DNA of 32,000 bases from Methanothrix sp. GTDB lineage: Archaea; Halobacteriota; Methanosarcinia; Methanotrichales; Methanotrichaceae. The notes under the pieces were generated by a model, which did no database searches, was not told where the DNA came from, and saw nothing but the letters and a program-made list of their open reading frames with translations. Positions 30,838 to 32,000 of the stretch are shown piece by piece; the first letter of the stretch is position 1, and every line of letters begins with the position of its first letter. The stretch lies in contig NZ_JANIHG010000007.1 in assembly GCF_024518575.1 (NCBI RefSeq), positions 37,035 through 69,034 on the forward strand, written 5' to 3'. The position numbers and the translations under genes were made by a program.

Positions 30838-31131
30838 CTTTTCTAAGATTGTTATAGATTTAATATTATTATCTTATCATATGATCGTTTATAAAAATAT
30901 CAGAAAATATCTGAAAACAAATTCACTACCTGCAGAGCTGATCTGCCATGAAGCTGGTTTCCTAAATCTGAGTTAGTTCGCGATCAGAGATCTGCCATGC
31001 GCGGGTTTCAGCGAAGTGGCTAAAGCTTTGACGCTCTCGCTCTTATGTTTTAGCAACTTGGAGGTCATGCAGGCTGGTTATTCGAAACGCATCTCAATGA
31101 ATAGCCAAAATAAAAAAGATACTGAGCTGCG

Positions 31132-31578
31132 TTACTTAGTCTTTGGATTAGTCGTTGGATAGGTAAATGTTGAGACCTCGTTGCCCTTTGGATCTATGAG
31201 GGAGACCGTGCCGCGCTCCGCGAACTTGATCGTTGTGTTCAGGTATATCTCGGTCTTGGTGTTCTTGCCAGCGCCCAGGAAGAGCTTTACAGAGCTGGCT
31301 GGCTGGACCTCGATCGCACTCAGTGTTACCGGCTTGTTCTCATCTATCTTGAGCGTGTAGTTCTCAAGGCTCTTGACTGCATCGCCATCGTTGGCGATCT
31401 CCACGTAGCCCTCCTCGATGTTGACGTCTGAGATGTACAGCGCCGCTGGGACCTTCTCAGCGGTTACGTTCTCGGCTGTTACGTTCTCTGCGGTTACGTT
31501 CTTAGCAATATCCTCCGCATATGCCGCTCCCAGGAAGACAAGCAGAGCAAGCATAAGCGTGTATGCTACGATCTTCAT
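31132..31578 (-). CDS. Secreted LTD-like protein, paralog B (Lys-enriched)
   Basis: Signal peptide identical to A. It has 3 AxNVT repeats plus a degenerate AEKVP, and the same LTD-like core with multiple E->K changes. The C-terminus is extended by a 12-nt duplication (PTTNPKTK). Confidence 0.7.
   Translation of the reverse strand: MKIVAYTLMLALLVFLGAAYAEDIAKNVTAENVTAENVTAEKVPAALYISDVNIEEGYVEIANDGDAVKSLENYTLKIDENKPVTLSAIEVQPASSVKLFLGAGKNTKTEIYLNTTIKFAERGTVSLIDPKGNEVSTFTYPTTNPKTK
31447..31506 (-). repeat. 15-bp in-frame repeats (AKNVT, AENVT, AENVT, degenerate AEKVP)
   Basis: Counterpart of 30636-30710 with one unit fewer. Confidence 0.85.
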
Positions 31579-31875
31579 ATAATACCTCCTTGCTTTTTGA
31601 ACAGAGCGTATTCATCTTAATTGAGATTTAAATCTTTTCTAAGATTGTTATAGATTTAATATTATTATCTTATCATATGATCGTTTATAAAAATATCAGA
31701 AAATATCTGAAAACAAATTCACTACCTGCAGAGCTGATCTGCCATGAAGCTGGTTTCCTAAATCTGAGTTGGTTCGCGATCAGAGATCTGCCATGCGCGG
31801 GTTTCAGCGAAGTGGCTAAAGCTTTGACGCTCTCGCTCTTATGTTTTAGCAACTTGGAGGTCATGCAGGCTGGTT

Positions 31876-31914
31876 GGACCTGTCCGAATAAGATAAAAGC
31901 AAGAGCTGAGTATA
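31876..31914 (+). repeat. 39-bp repeat, copy Y
   Basis: GGACCTGTCCGAATAAGATAAAAGCaAGAGCTGAGTATA. Matches 10455-10493 at 38 of 39 positions. It is followed by GTGATGCCGGATGAC, which opens an ORF that runs off the window. Confidence 0.7.
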
Positions 31915-32000
31915 ATGTTACTTCAATGAAATTTAAAGAGGTGATGCCGGATGACATCTGCATCTTTGATTTCTATGTTATCCAGCATACCCCTCTTCAG

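Larger units (their letters stand above)
30281..31079. repeat. Tandem duplication, unit 1 (~799 bp: terminator + LTD gene A + upstream region)
   Basis: Aligns end to end with 31090-31875. The units are separated by the 10-bp junction ATTCGAAACG. Confidence 0.9.
31090..31875. repeat. Tandem duplication, unit 2 (~786 bp)
   Basis: See unit 1. Similarity ends abruptly at 31875, where the 39-bp repeat begins. Confidence 0.9.

Noticed and set aside
31685-31963. 92-aa minus-strand ORF
   Set aside because: It lies in the duplicated AT-rich promoter region of LTD-B. The equivalent stretch of unit 1 has no ORF of comparable length, and no motifs are present.

Overview
This window looks like the chromosome of a methanogenic archaeon. 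The evidence is coenzyme F430 genes cfbA-cfbE-cfbD, SepCysS, GatD, NAC, an archaeal-type UPP synthase, and a tRNA with a bulge-helix-bulge intron at position 37/38. GC content and gene content are compatible with Methanotrichales or Methanosarcinia, but that is only a guess. Most of the window is densely packed housekeeping genes: valS (partial), tsr3, hsp20, gatD, hisA, ahcY, a purL-purQ-purS operon with ATGA overlaps, pscS, an alpha-glucan phosphorylase, scpB, nac and uppS. All protein calls come from reading the supplied translations for family motifs; no database search was possible. Three things stand out from this background. (1) A short non-autonomous mobile element (MITE, 111-116 bp) occurs three times, each copy with perfect 16-bp terminal inverted repeats and its own perfect 8-bp target-site duplication. 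Two copies bracket a double-SIS-domain gene. (2) A tandem ~0.8 kb duplication at the 3' end carries two secreted lamin-tail-domain-like paralogs. Their flanks and signal peptides are almost identical, but their mature domains differ almost only by Glu->Lys charge changes, and each begins with tandem AENVT (N-glycosylation sequon) repeats. (3) Several gene fusions or couplings are unusual: a tandem-fused PurS, a GDPD fused to a Cys-rich domain, an APH-fold kinase translationally coupled between ahcY and a tRNA methyltransferase, and a long ScpB. I found no CRISPR array, no rRNA and no recognisable defence system. The candidates for something new are flagged as hypotheses, not conclusions.
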